Assembly: GCA_030141605.1 (NCBI GenBank)
Contig: JAQGDQ010000279.1
Location: 240,014-304,013 of the forward strand
Source of the DNA: Tubiluchus corallicola
Taxonomy: Eukaryota > Animalia > Priapulida
Direction: 5' to 3'
DNA length: 64,000 nt
Both the position numbers and the translations under genes were made by a program. The notes below the pieces were generated by a model. The model made no database searches and was not told where the DNA came from. It saw only the letters and a list, made by a program, of their open reading frames with translations. Positions 13,824-27,041 of this stretch are shown in pieces. How positions within the stretch are numbered: position 1 is the stretch's first letter; the number at the start of each line of letters is the position of its first letter.

Positions 13824-14027
13824 AGTGGCGTTTATATAGCATGCGGATGCGGATGCATTTTCCGTTGCGGAACAGCCTGCGGAAAAAATCAATAGGAAAT
13901 AGCTCCAGAAAAAGAATAACGCATACGCAGGCTGCAAAAACAGGTGCATTGAAAAATATATAAACCGATTTTAGCTATTTCGCACCCTCGAAACGCATCC
14001 GCGTCTGCATGCTACATAAATTCCACT
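13824..14027. mobile_element. Harbinger/PIF-like MITE nested in a small hAT-like element (13793-14069)
   Basis: Inner TIR AGTGGCGTTTATATAGCATGCGGATGCGGATGC / GCATCCGCGTCTGCATGCTACATAAATTCCACT; outer ends CAGTGGTGAATTA and TAATCCGCTCCTG. Confidence 0.6.
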
Positions 14028-14508
14028 TAAGGCTATAGCATCATTAGCCTAATGTTTAATCCGCTCCTGTGAATGTGTAAGTGATTTTGAAACGATTTGG
14101 ATTTCATAGGCTCGAGTTAATTATGCGGTGTAATCCATGTTGCAGTGTAAATTGAATACTATAAATGAGCAGTTACATTTCATGATGGACATTTTACACT
14201 CAGAAGACAAGAAAACTGAATACAGTGCTAAATAATGTGAAACAGATTGACTTCGTTTGCGAGAAGGTAACAATACCAAGCTGGAGTAGCCTGACTGTGC
14301 CGTTCTTGATTCTAATAGTTAACAAGAGATGTCGACACCGACGTTCCGCGTATCCAAGTCCTTAACTCTTAGTAAAAGCCAACGTCGTTAAATATTGTAT
14401 GACTTTGCATCAGTTTTAGTCTTGCGTATGCGTACATCGCTGGTATTTCGTTGTATGGACAGAATTAGCAGTTTAAAAAAGTAATCGCAGAGCTCAGAGG
14501 CAACGCTA

Positions 14509-14645
14509 ATGACAACAGTGCGGTCAATGATGATGATTGGAACGTCAGACATTCGTCCGTGCAGTTTGTACTTCCCTCCTTCACCACAGGAGAATCCAGC
14601 AAAGCGGATACGTCTATCAAGAGTACCTCTTCTTGAGCTGAAAAG
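14509..14645 (+). CDS. Probable alternative first coding exon of ARHGAP32/33-like (MTTVRSMMMIG...LLELK/R)
   Basis: ATG 14509 follows an in-frame TAA, 45 open codons, strong donor AAAG|GTAAGA in phase 2 that joins acceptor 27991 in frame; initiator-like TCAGTT at 14410. Confidence 0.6.
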
Positions 14646-17600
14646 GTAAGAGGTTTGTCACAATCATCATCCGTGCAACTTCAACTTAATCAAGCTTGTA
14701 CTACTGTTAGTTTCTAATGACATAATATTAGTTTGTAATATTTATCTCAGGACTGAAGCGCCTACTGCTGGAATTGATTGGTTCTAGATAAATAATCAGC
14801 AAATTAGGCTTTCCCTTTATGCACAGTGTTTTTTATACAGCGTTATGGTGTTACTGTAAGTAATACTGCAGTTCCTTTTGTTTGGCACAAACATTGAAAT
14901 CGCTTTGAATTTAATTTAATGGGTTAACATATAACGTTTTAATTCAACTTGGTTATAGACCAACCAACCTAACAAATTAGACTATGCTTCTTGAATTTTA
15001 CTTTTTTGTATGGCTGACAGTGTAGAAATTTAAAACGTTTCCAAATAAACATTGGAGGGAATTTTAGAGATATTCAAATTTGTTGAACAGCATGTGAATT
15101 TTGACCAAAATGCATTGGACAGTAAATTTTGAGTAAATTTAAAACATACGTATGCGAATTTTATACTGACTATTGGATAGATAAACTTTGATTTTATCCT
15201 TTCCAAGTAAGTTCGTATTGGTATGCTTACTCATATATGTCGCTATCAAGTGCTTGGTCTCTTGAAAATAAGGTTGCTATCATACTATTATAGTAACTAA
15301 TATTTATTAATATTATTATTTTATTTTGTACCATTACATACAGATACAGATACAGCACATATATTCATATATACAAAATATAACAAAGAAAAGTTAATAT
15401 AAACACGCACAAAGAAGAAAGAAATTAGTACGCATTAAAATAAGTAATTTTTAAAAATGACAACAATTGTACATAATCGTACAGAAAAATATTATTAGTT
15501 TTCACATATCCTTCACAGACAATCTTGTAAACACACATTAAAAGCATTAATGACTAGCTTTTTAACATTTATGTTACCAAACCTTAAAGATAAAACATAC
15601 TTTGTTCTTAAGTGAAAATAACTTAGACATACTTTCTTCTTAAGTGAAAATAACTATTGCTAGTTAAATACAATATTAATAGAATATTGTTGATGCTCGA
15701 CTTTTAAATTTTCTTAACAAAATTTAATTTCCTACTATCAATTAGAAAGTTTGCAGGCACAGTACCACATTATATTAGTTACTTAAGGTTAAGGGTACTA
15801 TAATATTTAAGGTTATTATTGCAAGGATAATTGTAGTTATAGTTAATAGTGAATTATACTACATTAATAATAAGTATAATTATATTGGTCCCTCTTTGTC
15901 TAAAATGAATTTTTATTGTATCTTCTTAGATGTGTGTAGCTCTTATTTTTACAGCAAATATTTTTTTAAATTCTTAGTTTTAGTTAGCACCTGTTATAAT
16001 TCCAGCGATTTTCCATTATTGGCAAGTTTCTAATTATAACTTCAAAATTCCCAAGATATTAACAAAGTTCTCTCCCACTTTGTAAACTCTTATCATTGTA
16101 ATCTATACATGATGATTCGTCCAATCGTGAATGCCCTGTCGCACCATGGGTTCTCCACACATGTTTGGTGGCAGTTTCTTTCTCTTGAAACCATATCTCC
16201 CACGGGCTCTCTGTGCAAGGTCAGAGGTCGACAGCAGCAATTTCAGCAATGTCTAGCATGTGCTCTGCAGGCCTCCAGTTTGTATCCTCCCGCATTTTTT
16301 GTAGGGAAAGCTGGGAATCCTGTTGTGTAAACATAGTGTGGTTTGTACCTCAACTCTTTCGCCTTGATAAATGTTGACCCAGGAATGGAATACCTTCAGC
16401 GTCCCCGGGGATAGTTTAGAATGCGCGGCTCTTTCATCAGCGGTTGAAACTCACACTGTGGAATCGTAAAGTTAGTAGTAAGTCTCTAGAGACGAGCATT
16501 ACTGGGATAGCATGTAGTCCAGCCGCGCATGTAGTAAATGTTTGCGATTTTCACAGCATCATTAGTCAATTAGTTTCAATCTTAATTGCAAGATTGTTAT
16601 TAATGATCGGTGTCTCTGACTGTCTCTGCATTTTCTAAGTTTTTTAAATCAATTTAATCGAAAAAACAGCTGTGAAAGGTTGGGCTCCTCCTGGAGTTGA
16701 AACCGGGGATATTTGAATTACCTGTATGAAACTGACAGGTGCAAAGGGTCATATACACAGTGCGATATAGAGAACACGACACTTAAATCTAAATCTAAAT
16801 CTAGCCTAATTAAACGAAATTTAAATCTAGCCTAATTATGTAGCCGTACTGATTGTAGCACAATCTACACGTGACTTGAACTGTAGTGTACATTAATAAA
16901 GCCCACTAGGTAATTTATGAAAATTATGTAATGCTTATGTACAAAACGTGCATAATAGGAAATTATGTAACTTCCATAATATGATTACAGGCCAAACTTC
17001 CTGTGTGCTGTTATGCTGTTTTTTACTTTTTGTTCATTTATTATCGTCTTGTAGAGAATCAGTAAATATATAACAGTAATGTTAGTGTGCTTAAAGTTTT
17101 GAATTTTTAAGATTTGTAACTGATTTTGCGAATCAGGATCCAGGGTTTCTGTTTACAAAAATTTATTTTACAAGCCATGTGTTTGCGTGCTGCCATCTTC
17201 TGACAGCAAACTCGGATCTTTGGCGCATGATGAGCGTAATAAAAACTCTGAACACGTAATATGTTTCATTGACTGTGTCAATAATAATGTCACCAGTAAT
17301 GAATGTTTACGCTTCATTATTTTCACGACCCTGCCTCATATATTCACCAACATAATTTTAGAATACCACAAAGGTCTATAGTAATTCAATTCAAGTTTAT
17401 TTGCAGTAATACAATGTGTCATGGCCAAAAAATACTATTACATAAATACAAAAAATACATGAACAAATATAATATGCAATTACGTAACATTGCACAAACA
17501 CCAGTTTGTACAAGTATTATAATAAAAAATATTATTGTACTGAGTATACTGTATATTGTACTGAGTTATATTGCTGTATTATAAAACAGAAGTCTATTAC

Positions 17601-17651
17601 ATTATAATTAAACGGGGAATGACTTCTAAATTGGAAATCTAAAAATTTTGG

Positions 17652-17700
17652 CCCTTCCCTGGGACTCGAACCCAAGACCGAGCAACTATGCTACTTACTG
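17652..17700 (-). mobile_element. tRNA-head SINE fragment
   Basis: The - strand reads GGTTCGAGTCCC (B box); no full cloverleaf. Confidence 0.35.
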
Positions 17701-18969
17701 TAGCATGATCCAAAGAGGTTTTAAGTTTCAGTTTACGTTACATGTTTTCTTGCTGCGCAAATTTTAAATTTAAAAATATTTTTGTACTTTGTGGACAAAG
17801 CGGAATTTTCGTTCGTCAAAAGTCGCGAAAAGGTACAGTACAGGCTAATTGGATTTGATGCAAGAGTAGTGCTCTGTATTCCAAAAATTGTCATGTTTTA
17901 CGCATAAAGTTTCACGCTGTGTTGTGGGTATTTTAAGTCCCACAAGCTGTGTGACTGTGAAAAGTGTCTAGTGACTATTTTCTAATTATCTGGATCGGGG
18001 CAAGGATAAGATTGCTATGTGCCACCAAACATTCTTCATTGCCCGGGGTAATTCTACGAAACGAGTTTAAAACACAAAAATATATAGGTTATAGGCTACT
18101 ATTTCTAAGCAAGTTTCAGAGCGCTCAAACTCCTTTTATTCTCTGTATTAAAAAGTACCATATTTATGTATGTTTTGAAAATGTAAACGTTAAAATTTCA
18201 GTAAGCGTTCAATTTCAGTAAAATTGCAGTTCTGTTTACACCCGTAATTTGTGCATTATCAGCATTCCAACAGTTGTTTAAGCAGAGGCATAGCGTTTTT
18301 TGACACTTTGACCCTCCGTCTACGTAACTACTGATGTTGTCTTTGCTAATTTAATTAACCCTACGGTTATAGTCAGGTTTTCTCATAGTACAAGTGATTT
18401 GTAGCAATCTCTCTTCAACACCGGCGCAATACACAATAGATTTTTCGAGCGTACAAGCCTGGTGGATATAATCATGGTTGATTCATCATAGTTCTGCTTG
18501 TGAACTGCTGTACAGCGTACACACACACATCTTCCCCTGGCGCAATCTCGACCATCTGGTTTATTATTATGCTGGGTTTTATGTGTGCAGGTTTGTTATG
18601 ATGTTTGTCTGCAATTCGTACATTTGTTTTTGCCATATTTGCTGTTAAAAGTGCGAGGCTGATACACTTGTGGAATAACCGCGTTATTGATTTGGGATCT
18701 GTTTTGGGCAGTAGTATCTCTTTGTGACTGTTGACTCACCCTTTGATGTCTTGCGGCTGCCGAATTCGTGGTGTGAATTCATTTAATTGTGGAATTAACA
18801 TTTTGGCAAAAATGTTTCCGTCTATACAGCATTGTGTTATTAGTGTATGATCATCATCCTTGAGCTCCTGTTTTCTAGTTGATTTCATCATGGGCGTGCC
18901 TAAGATCGATTTTCGCACTGTGTTGTACGATAATGAACCTTTGATGTACCCGTAATCGATTTCATTATA

Positions 18970-18983
18970 ATGGAAACACAAGA
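18970..18983 (+). CDS. Candidate short alternative first coding exon (METQ/E)
   Basis: ATG GAA ACA CAA GA|GTAAGT: consensus donor, phase 2, in frame with exon 27991. Confidence 0.35.
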
Positions 18984-20319
18984 GTAAGTATTCAGCTAGT
19001 GTATTACCTAGGCGTTTGCTGTTTCTTATAGACACTGAGCTAGTCATCGACGATGTAGTATTAAGCACGTATTTTCTAGCGTATTCAGGAACAACATTGT
19101 GCAAGCATCATTTGATTAAATACAATTAGTGGGCAATTAAAGAACGTTATTTGAACGGAGGAGGGAGAATTCGCTTATTCACCTGTTTATAAGTTTTTGT
19201 GGGTTTCTTCACTCACTCATCGTTAATTTTTAACTTTTTTAAAGTCAAAAATGGCTTATTCCCATGCCCACAAGTGACAAACGGTGTCTTCGTGTTAATT
19301 AATTAATTGATAGACATGGACAAAAGACACGAAAGAACAAAGACAAGGGTTGTCAAGGAACCATCCTTATACTTTACATCCTTTATTACTTGGGTAAAAA
19401 ATAGTTTGTTCGAATCTGTAGGTACGTCAGTGTAATTAGGCATGCCAGTGCTTAAAATCAGTGAGTAAAATTGCGTGTCCATAGATCCATTCCTTTTTTC
19501 CTATCTTGAATTACCATCAGCAAAGTTTGTTATTGGTTACTGTAATCTTTAATAATGAGAGTATCAGCACAACTACTAGTAGTTTACACTTGAGAGTAGG
19601 CTTCACTCTTCATTGCAGCTCACACCAGATGAGAGCAGCCCACATGGTGTTGACATAGTTTAGCACCAGACCATGAGATGGTAAAATTATCTCCACATTC
19701 TTTTGGGAATGCATTTCTTTGGAATGACAGTACTCGGAATATATGCGCCACTTCAGGCAGTTGGTTTATTAGCGAAAAGTTAAGGGATAGTCGTGCTTAT
19801 GGCCGTATGCACGAAATTATTAATTAAGCCATTAAAAAATACTATTTCTGATCAGATATTGTTTTTCGTAAAATCACCAAGTTTCCTGACAATCGTCTAA
19901 CTATAGTTAGGCCTATATTGGTGGATTATGCACGAGCACGTCAAATGTTTCTTGCATCTAAACTCTTATTTAGCTAGTTGCTTGCAGGGTGCTTACATGA
20001 GTTTTAAAGTGTGTTGATGTCATCTGTGCAAGTTTCCACGTACTAATAGTCAGTACAGAGAAAACTCAGTTTCACTTTTTAGTTGCCGCTTTGTTCTTAA
20101 CTGGTCAGTATTTCATCTTAACTGTCAAATTTCTCCATGGACCACTTTTTGCATTCGCACAAAATGTGTTGTATATGTCTGTTCCTTGTGGTTTAATTCG
20201 TTGAGTTTTTAATGGAATTGGGATCGGTAATTTTCAACATATGTGTGATTGAGCACAGTTGCTATGATGCTAGCTCACATGAATTACTATCTGTAATAAT
20301 TGTGAGTCAAAGTAACAAC

Positions 20320-20380
20320 TTTTATGGAGTAATCTACTACGTTTTATGGAGTAACCTACTACGTTTTACGGAGTAACTGC
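20320..20380. repeat. 22-bp tandem repeat, ~3 copies
   Basis: TTTTATGGAGTAATCTACTACG units. Confidence 0.75.
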
Positions 20381-21034
20381 AAGCTTACTACGTTTGACTG
20401 GAGAACATGTTGTTTTTTGTATCACTACATGGATATCGTATGTAGGATCTATAGAATCTGTGAACACTCTTCGCAAGACGTTTGCTGTTAGCTATCACAT
20501 TTATCCAATTTTAATCTTAAGAAATACAGACGCAAATGCATTTTGATTTTAATATTAGCACTTATTATCTAGATCAAGCTTTTCAGCTTCTTTTTATGGG
20601 GTAAACTGATGCTTTACGGATTCAACTGTTTCTTATTTTCAACATCTCTCTGTTCTTCTGGAAAGTTTTTACTAAGTTCTTTTCTATCTGTAGTGTTCTT
20701 GTCCTGCGGAATCTTTACATCAGAGTTTTTTGGTGTCTAAAGTTACAGTGGCTTCAATGAAGCTTTTGGGACGAAACGTTTTTTGCATCTGGATCTCTCC
20801 TGCGATGGGCCCCAAGGAAGCTTTTGTGTGGATGCTTTTATGTGCATTTGTATGTGACTGTTGAAAAGCTGTTACTACTTTTCCGTTTCTGCTGCCTGGA
20901 TATCTGTACGACAGTTGCCAAGAGTGAAGATTTCACATAGCATTCCGTCTCTACACCACCATCATCAGAGTTCTATAGATTAATTTACTATGAAAGTTCT
21001 TGGTTTCTATGTGCAGGTTTCACATCAGCATTTC

Positions 21035-21880
21035 ACATACAGTTCTTGTTTTTTCTTTGGAGCTGTTACATCATCCTTCCATTTACAGTTTTTGTTTTTT
21101 CTGTGGACCTGTTACATCATCCTTCCACTCGCAGTTCTTGTTTTTTCTAGGGAACTCTTGTATGACCCTTCCACCCGCAGTTCTTGTTTTTCTATAAAGC
21201 TCTTGTCTGAGCCTTCCACCCACAGTTCTTGTTTTTTCTAGGAAGCTCTTGTATGAGCCTTCCACCTGCAGTTTTTCTTTTTTCTAGGGAACTCTTGTAT
21301 GAGCCTTCCACCCGCAGTTCTTGTTTTTCTATAAAGCTCTTGTCTGAGCCTTCCACCCACAGTTATTGTTTTTTCTAGGGAGCTGTTGTATGAGCCTTCC
21401 ACCCGCAGTTTTTGTTTTTTCTAGGGAACTCTTGTATGAGCCTTCCATCCGCAGTTCTTGTTTTTTTCTAGGGAGCTCTTGTATGAGCCTTCCACCTGCA
21501 GTTTTTGTTTTTTCTATAGAGCTGTTACATCATCCTTCCACCTGCAGTTCTTGTTTTTTCTAGGGAGCTGTTGCATCATCCTTCCACCCGCAGTTCTTGC
21601 TATTTCCATAGAGCTATTGCATGTGCCTTCCACACGCGTTTCTTATTTTTTCTATGGAGCTGTTGCGTGAGCGTTCCACCTGCAGTTCTTGTTTTTTATA
21701 GAGCTGTTACACCAGCTTTACACCTGCAGTTCTTGTTTTTTTTTCTGTGGATCTTTCCATCTGCAATTCTTGTTTTTTCTATGGAGCTGTTACACCAGCC
21801 TTACACCTGCAATTCTTGTTTTCTGTGTGGAGCTGTAGAGTTATGTCAGCCTTCCACTTGCAGTTCTTGTTTTCAGTGTG
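21035..21880. repeat. Minisatellite, ~46-bp unit, roughly 18 copies
   Basis: Repeats of CCTTCCACCCGCAGTTCTTGTTTTTTCTAGGGAGCTCTTGTATGAG and variants. Confidence 0.92.
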
Positions 21881-23306
21881 GACCTTCTGCAGCGCCGCTA
21901 GGAGTTCTTGTGGCTTCTTCCACTGGGCTGCTGAAAACACGTTTGACAACGTCTAAGCGGTTGCATCGATTTTCACGGCTGTATTGTACAAACTTTAGCT
22001 GGCTTCTTTTCAGTGCCATTTTACTGTGAGTCTGAGCTTGTGCTGCTCTTTGCTTGCCCTTACAGTTGCCGAACAGAAACGGCAACGGCAGCTACACGGA
22101 TTGTAAACTGATACTTCACGTGTTGTGGAAAACTGAGAATTATAGTATCTTGTGATGTTTTTCAAATTGACGTTTAATTAACTCTTTGGTGGTCTAAAGT
22201 TGTTTCGGCTCAGTTGGCGGTGGTTACTCGAGTGGCAATTCAAATATTTTAAAGCAAATGTGGTTTATGGTTGTCTGTGATGTTTGCAAACACAGTGCCA
22301 CGCGTGCAGTTCAAAGACGCAAAACAGACACTGTGTGAGAATTGACAGAGGTGTATAATCAGCCGTGCTTGAGCTAATCACAATGCTGCGTTGTTGAAAG
22401 TTAAAATAGTTAGTCTGTTTTGAGCGCTATCATACTGTGGTTTGTAAGTTTCCAAGCATGGTTAAAATAAAAAGACGTCGATTGTATTTGTGTGAAGTAG
22501 AGATGATACAAACGCAGCATTTTGACTTAAAACTTATTCCTCAACCCGCCGCTTTCAAGCGTCACAGGCACATCTATAATAGTACACTCATTACATATAC
22601 AGTGCGGTGTGTTAGTGAATCGAAAGCACAGCAGTTACCATGAACGTCCATTCTAGAACACTTTAGATTTTAGAAATAAAAAACCTTGTTTGAGTTCCTG
22701 CTCGTTCGTCCGACATTCCTTCTAGTTCTGCATATTCAACCCTGGTCGAATTTCTGTAGATCACGTAGATAACTTCGTAAATTTTCTTAACTTACACTGA
22801 AGTCCAGTTTAGCGTGGCCTGGTTGTTGGCTTGCTCTTCATTTTTGGTGCAAGTCGTATTCTGATGTCCGCCACTCAGCGTCTGGTTTTTGTATCGTTTG
22901 ACAAGAAACTTGTCAGGCGGTGCGTCTGGTTTGAGGAGCTTTCACGTGCTAGCATCGGCGGCAGACTGAAGATTCAGAGCGGGAGGAAGACAAATGTGGC
23001 GATGTTAAGTGAAAGATGCAACTGAGTTATTAGAAATTCCATTTATATGAGGTTAATTATTCAGGACAATATGATTGTTGGGAACCTGTAAAAGAATGTT
23101 TTTAAATGAGTCTTTCGTTTATTCAGAGCGTTTGCTGTGCTGTTAAACTTTAAAGTAACAAAACTCTTGCTTGGTTGTCTCAATCGTTGTTTTACAATGT
23201 GAATGTGATCGAGTCTGACACGTTGTTTTACCCGTTCCAAATCATGATGTGACTTCTCTGTTATTCGGATGACCTCCAGGACAATGTGTGTTTAGACGTC
23301 TGGACG

Positions 23307-23341
23307 ATGTACTGTTACTCCTGTGGCTGGTTTCAAACTGA
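23307..23341 (+). CDS. Candidate alternative first coding exon (MYCYSCGWFQT/E)
   Basis: ATG-initiated, donor GA|GTGCGT in phase 2, in frame with exon 27991; the donor is weaker. Confidence 0.25.
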
Positions 23342-25384
23342 GTGCGTATTATTTTTAACGTTTTTAATCGGTCATTTTATGACAGGATTTTCATAAAGCC
23401 TTGATTCAGTGCGCAGGATGCTAATGTTATTTTAAAACCCGGCAACTCGTCAAGTTTAGTGCATGGGTTAGCAACTTTCCCGGTTGTACAAACATCAGCT
23501 CCTGTTTTCAAAGTCACACTTTCTTATTTTAGAAACCGATCAACTCCATACTCTGCTGATAATATGAAAAAGATAAATTTGCAAAAGTGATTTGTTGCAA
23601 GCAATACCCATAAATCTAAAGTCAAAAAATCAATATTATGAGTCATTGAGAACGGCTGTAATGCTTATCTGAAATTTTGCAGTAGTATCAAAAAAATGCA
23701 AACAACAACTGAACCAAACAACAGATATGAGGTGCACAGTATATTATAATTTACCTAAACGTTTAATTGATTAATATGTTTTAGTTAACATAACAACAAC
23801 AACAACAACAACAATAATAATAATAATAATTCATTTGTTGTAGCCCTTTAAACTGAAAAATTGCATTAATTAATTAGCTATATCATGGGCGGCAACATTG
23901 AAAATACCATACTCTTTTGAAATGTAGCTAACGTTTTTGTCAAAAAAATTAAGGTTAGTCCAAAAAATACATATTGGCGTGTTGAGCGTATGTATATGTA
24001 TGTATAATTCTGTGAAATAAACTGGCAGAGAAATTGACGCCAAAATGAGCAGCACTTCCGTTTCACCAGTATTTTCCTAGCCTGTTTATTCTGCAGCATT
24101 TGATCTCTCAAACGAAATCACTTCAAGTTCGGATAGGTCCCGATTTCTAGGTTTTGCAAATAAACCTCTCCGCCAAAATTATCACCGAGGCGTTGCTATT
24201 TTTACGAACATCTACAGCTGGAATATCCCTCCTTGTTAATTCTAGCATACAACCTGTTGATGGTGTTCACTTATGTAGACAAATAAAGTTAACATATGGT
24301 CGCTGCAAAGTTATTTGGACGTTTTTAAATTAGTAAAAAATGAAGGTAACCGTATCGCGAAGAATTCTCACATTTGGCTTGGAAAGGACAGCGTGCTTAG
24401 CGATTGGCGCCCCCCCCTTATTAAGCGGTTTAGATCATCGGGCGCTCCCGTTGATTCGTCGTGAAACTGAGTGCTTCCCCAATGAGATTTTCCCAACGAG
24501 AGACTTGACTCCATTCGACGTGACCATTGCTTTTGTTGCTTTATTTTCCACCCGGGATAGTCAGATAGTCTAGATACAGGACACTCGTCGGGTGACATGC
24601 AAAGAATGACAACTTGAGTGTCATTCATCGCGTCGGGGATGCCCGATAGTCTAAGCGGGTATTAACAACTGACCACAGTACTAGGGATTAGGAAAAGACA
24701 GATTGAGAAAAACATACTGCGCTGTTTTCTGAGACAATTCCGTAAAAGACTTTTGCTTGCAACAATTTGAAAACATATTAACTTCTTGCAAGAGAAAAAG
24801 AGGCTTTAATTTTTGCTAAAATCTTTGAGCAGTGAATTCTAGAAATCAATTGGCGGACGAGAGCAGCACATCTTACAGGACAGTTTTTTCGTGGAAGGGG
24901 TTGAGACTGTACCACGTTATTTTGGTATCAAATGTCTCTTTTCACAAAAATGTATGTTTCACTTTTCGATTTTAATACGTACATAAGTTGTATACTTTTC
25001 GTTGTTACTATAACAACGGAAGTTTTTACTTGTACTTGTACAGGTGTGGCTTGTCGATGAAATTGATCACACCGGAACAGTTATGGCTTTCAGGCTTCAC
25101 AGCGAATATTTGTGCAGCGCCTAATTTCATCTACAGCCGCCTAATTGCGTTTGTATCGTGTAACATTATTTGCTCATCTATTTGACAAGGTATTCAATGT
25201 ACTTGTGGATTATTACCATACGCTAAGTAAATGGTGTGTAAATGGATAAGTTTTCAGCTTGGAGAAAAATATAAGCAATAGCCTCTTGGTTGCAATTTGC
25301 AGTGATTGCAATTCCCATACACAACGGATTATTGATATATGGGACCTTATAGAAAATATACTGGGGAAAATGGAAGATTCTCCG

Positions 25385-25565
25385 GTGATGTGGGCGGGCG
25401 CTGGGTAGGTAGAGTGACTGCTAAAACTGTTGATAAGGTCCATGGTTCAAATCCGGGTTGTGTCGTTGTCTTGCTTTTCCAATACTGTTCACCGTAAATG
25501 ATCACCTGTTCTTTCTACATTCTTCAGCGGAGAATTGAACCTTGACACCTTGTGTCCTCGGGGCA
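25385..25565. mobile_element. tRNA-head SINE fragments
   Basis: B-box GGTTCAAATCC at ~25444 and an opposite-strand GAATTGAACC at ~25531. Confidence 0.4.
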
Positions 25566-26399
25566 TTTAGTTCCAAACAACAACAAACGATATATGCACT
25601 AGGGTAGCTTTTTCCTAGTAAACCTATCATAACTAGCCACAAAAATGTTCAAAAGACCAGGCCAGGAAAAGTGCTATAAATTAGTAATGAAAACAACTTG
25701 TTTTAACAAGTGGCAAATTCACCCGGTGGCTGTTCTACAGTGTTTTGGCAAACGCTAAAGGTAGGAGTAAATAGAGTATCCTCCAACCCTAGAACAAACA
25801 GTGGTAAAGATGCTTAGGATAATTCAACTACAAATCAGCTATGCGCTACTTGGAGGCTGATTGAATGACAGATATCCGGGGCAGGTTATGTTGAGCGTTG
25901 CAACAGAACACGTAGAAACATCGTGCTACTACTAGCGTTCAACTGATATCTTTTTAACAGCTGAAATGGTGCGAATGTCATTGGCACTGTTCCTTCGAGA
26001 ACTGGGCCACGAACTTGCAACAGGGTAACTGGCTGCATAGCGAAAGTATGATACAGGACAGACGAATTGTACACCATTGTCAAACTGTCAGTTGTCGCAA
26101 CTTATTGCCTATCAATGCCTGACATAAATTCGTTTTGTAATGGCTAGTTTTTCACGTTAGTACTTCCAAGTTCTTAGATTCCGGATACATTGAGTCGAGC
26201 TCAAATCCTTGGACTGACAACACTGGAGATTATTTAGGTGCACATATGACTAAATTTCTTGGACTGATGAGTCCGTTTATATTGCGTGTCTGTCTAACCA
26301 CCAAATTGTGGTTTTCTTGCTTAATAGAAAAGAGCAACGGCAAAAGTTGGCTTTTTATACGTCATTAGTTTGTCATAATTTTTTCAATTTAAATTTATT

Positions 26400-27041
26400 T
26401 CACACACCAAACGACACTATTCGAGATACAAATTTTGCAACATAATTGCAAAAAAACAATTTAAGAAACTACTTCTGTCTTATGATTAAGTTAGTGATTC
26501 GAATGGCATGAAAATTTGCTGCATGGTGACTATGAAGAGGACCTTGTTAAGACGCGGCGACAGTGAAATAGAGAAGAGAGAAGAAAAAGAACAATTATGT
26601 TGAAGTTGATTGAAAGAAGTCAGAAAAAGAACATAACAATATGAAAATGATGGCCATGTTCTGATTAGATGCATTTGGATTTTTAACAAGAAACTGTCGA
26701 GAGACGCTATACGAGAGATACGAATGATTACTAGATGTAAGATTTGACGTTTTGAAGATTTTATAAAGAGTATTTATACATTTACTGTTTCTGATGATTG
26801 GAGGAATTTTGTTGATTCGTAAGGTGGCTGTGAATTTTAGAAAGCACCTACCGAGATTTGTTCTACAGTGGGGTATTGGTTCTTCATTAAAACATGTAAA
26901 CGTTACACTACGACTAGAAAGCCTCTGATGGGAAAAATTATTTAAATATTTAAAGTGACTAGGTATGAATGACGGGTGGGTATTTCTTTGCGTATTTTGG
27001 GTACATGGAAAATTTAATTTGACGTTTATTGAGCAAAACAT
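26400..27041 (-). mobile_element. LINE ORF2 C-terminal/3' remnant
   Basis: IPHCRTNLGRCFLKF...NKIPPIIRNSKCINTLYK resembles the LINE P..RT..G....WN.LP..IR motif; AATAAA-type tail near 26400 on the - strand. Confidence 0.55.

Noticed and set aside
16100-16450. GC-richer coding-looking segment
   Set aside because: The frames I examined are short or contain stops, with no recognisable domain or splice-compatible frame; probably decayed repeat.
16685-17700. tRNA genes suggested by B-box motifs
   Set aside because: No acceptor stem or cloverleaf can be built; consistent with SINE heads.
20990-22085. Cluster of overlapping ORFs
   Set aside because: They are products of the minisatellite; the 45-47-bp units shift frame.
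26260-26280. CTGATGAGTCC hammerhead-like core (also 8370-8395 on the - strand)
   Set aside because: No correctly placed stem II plus GAAA, and no stems I/III.
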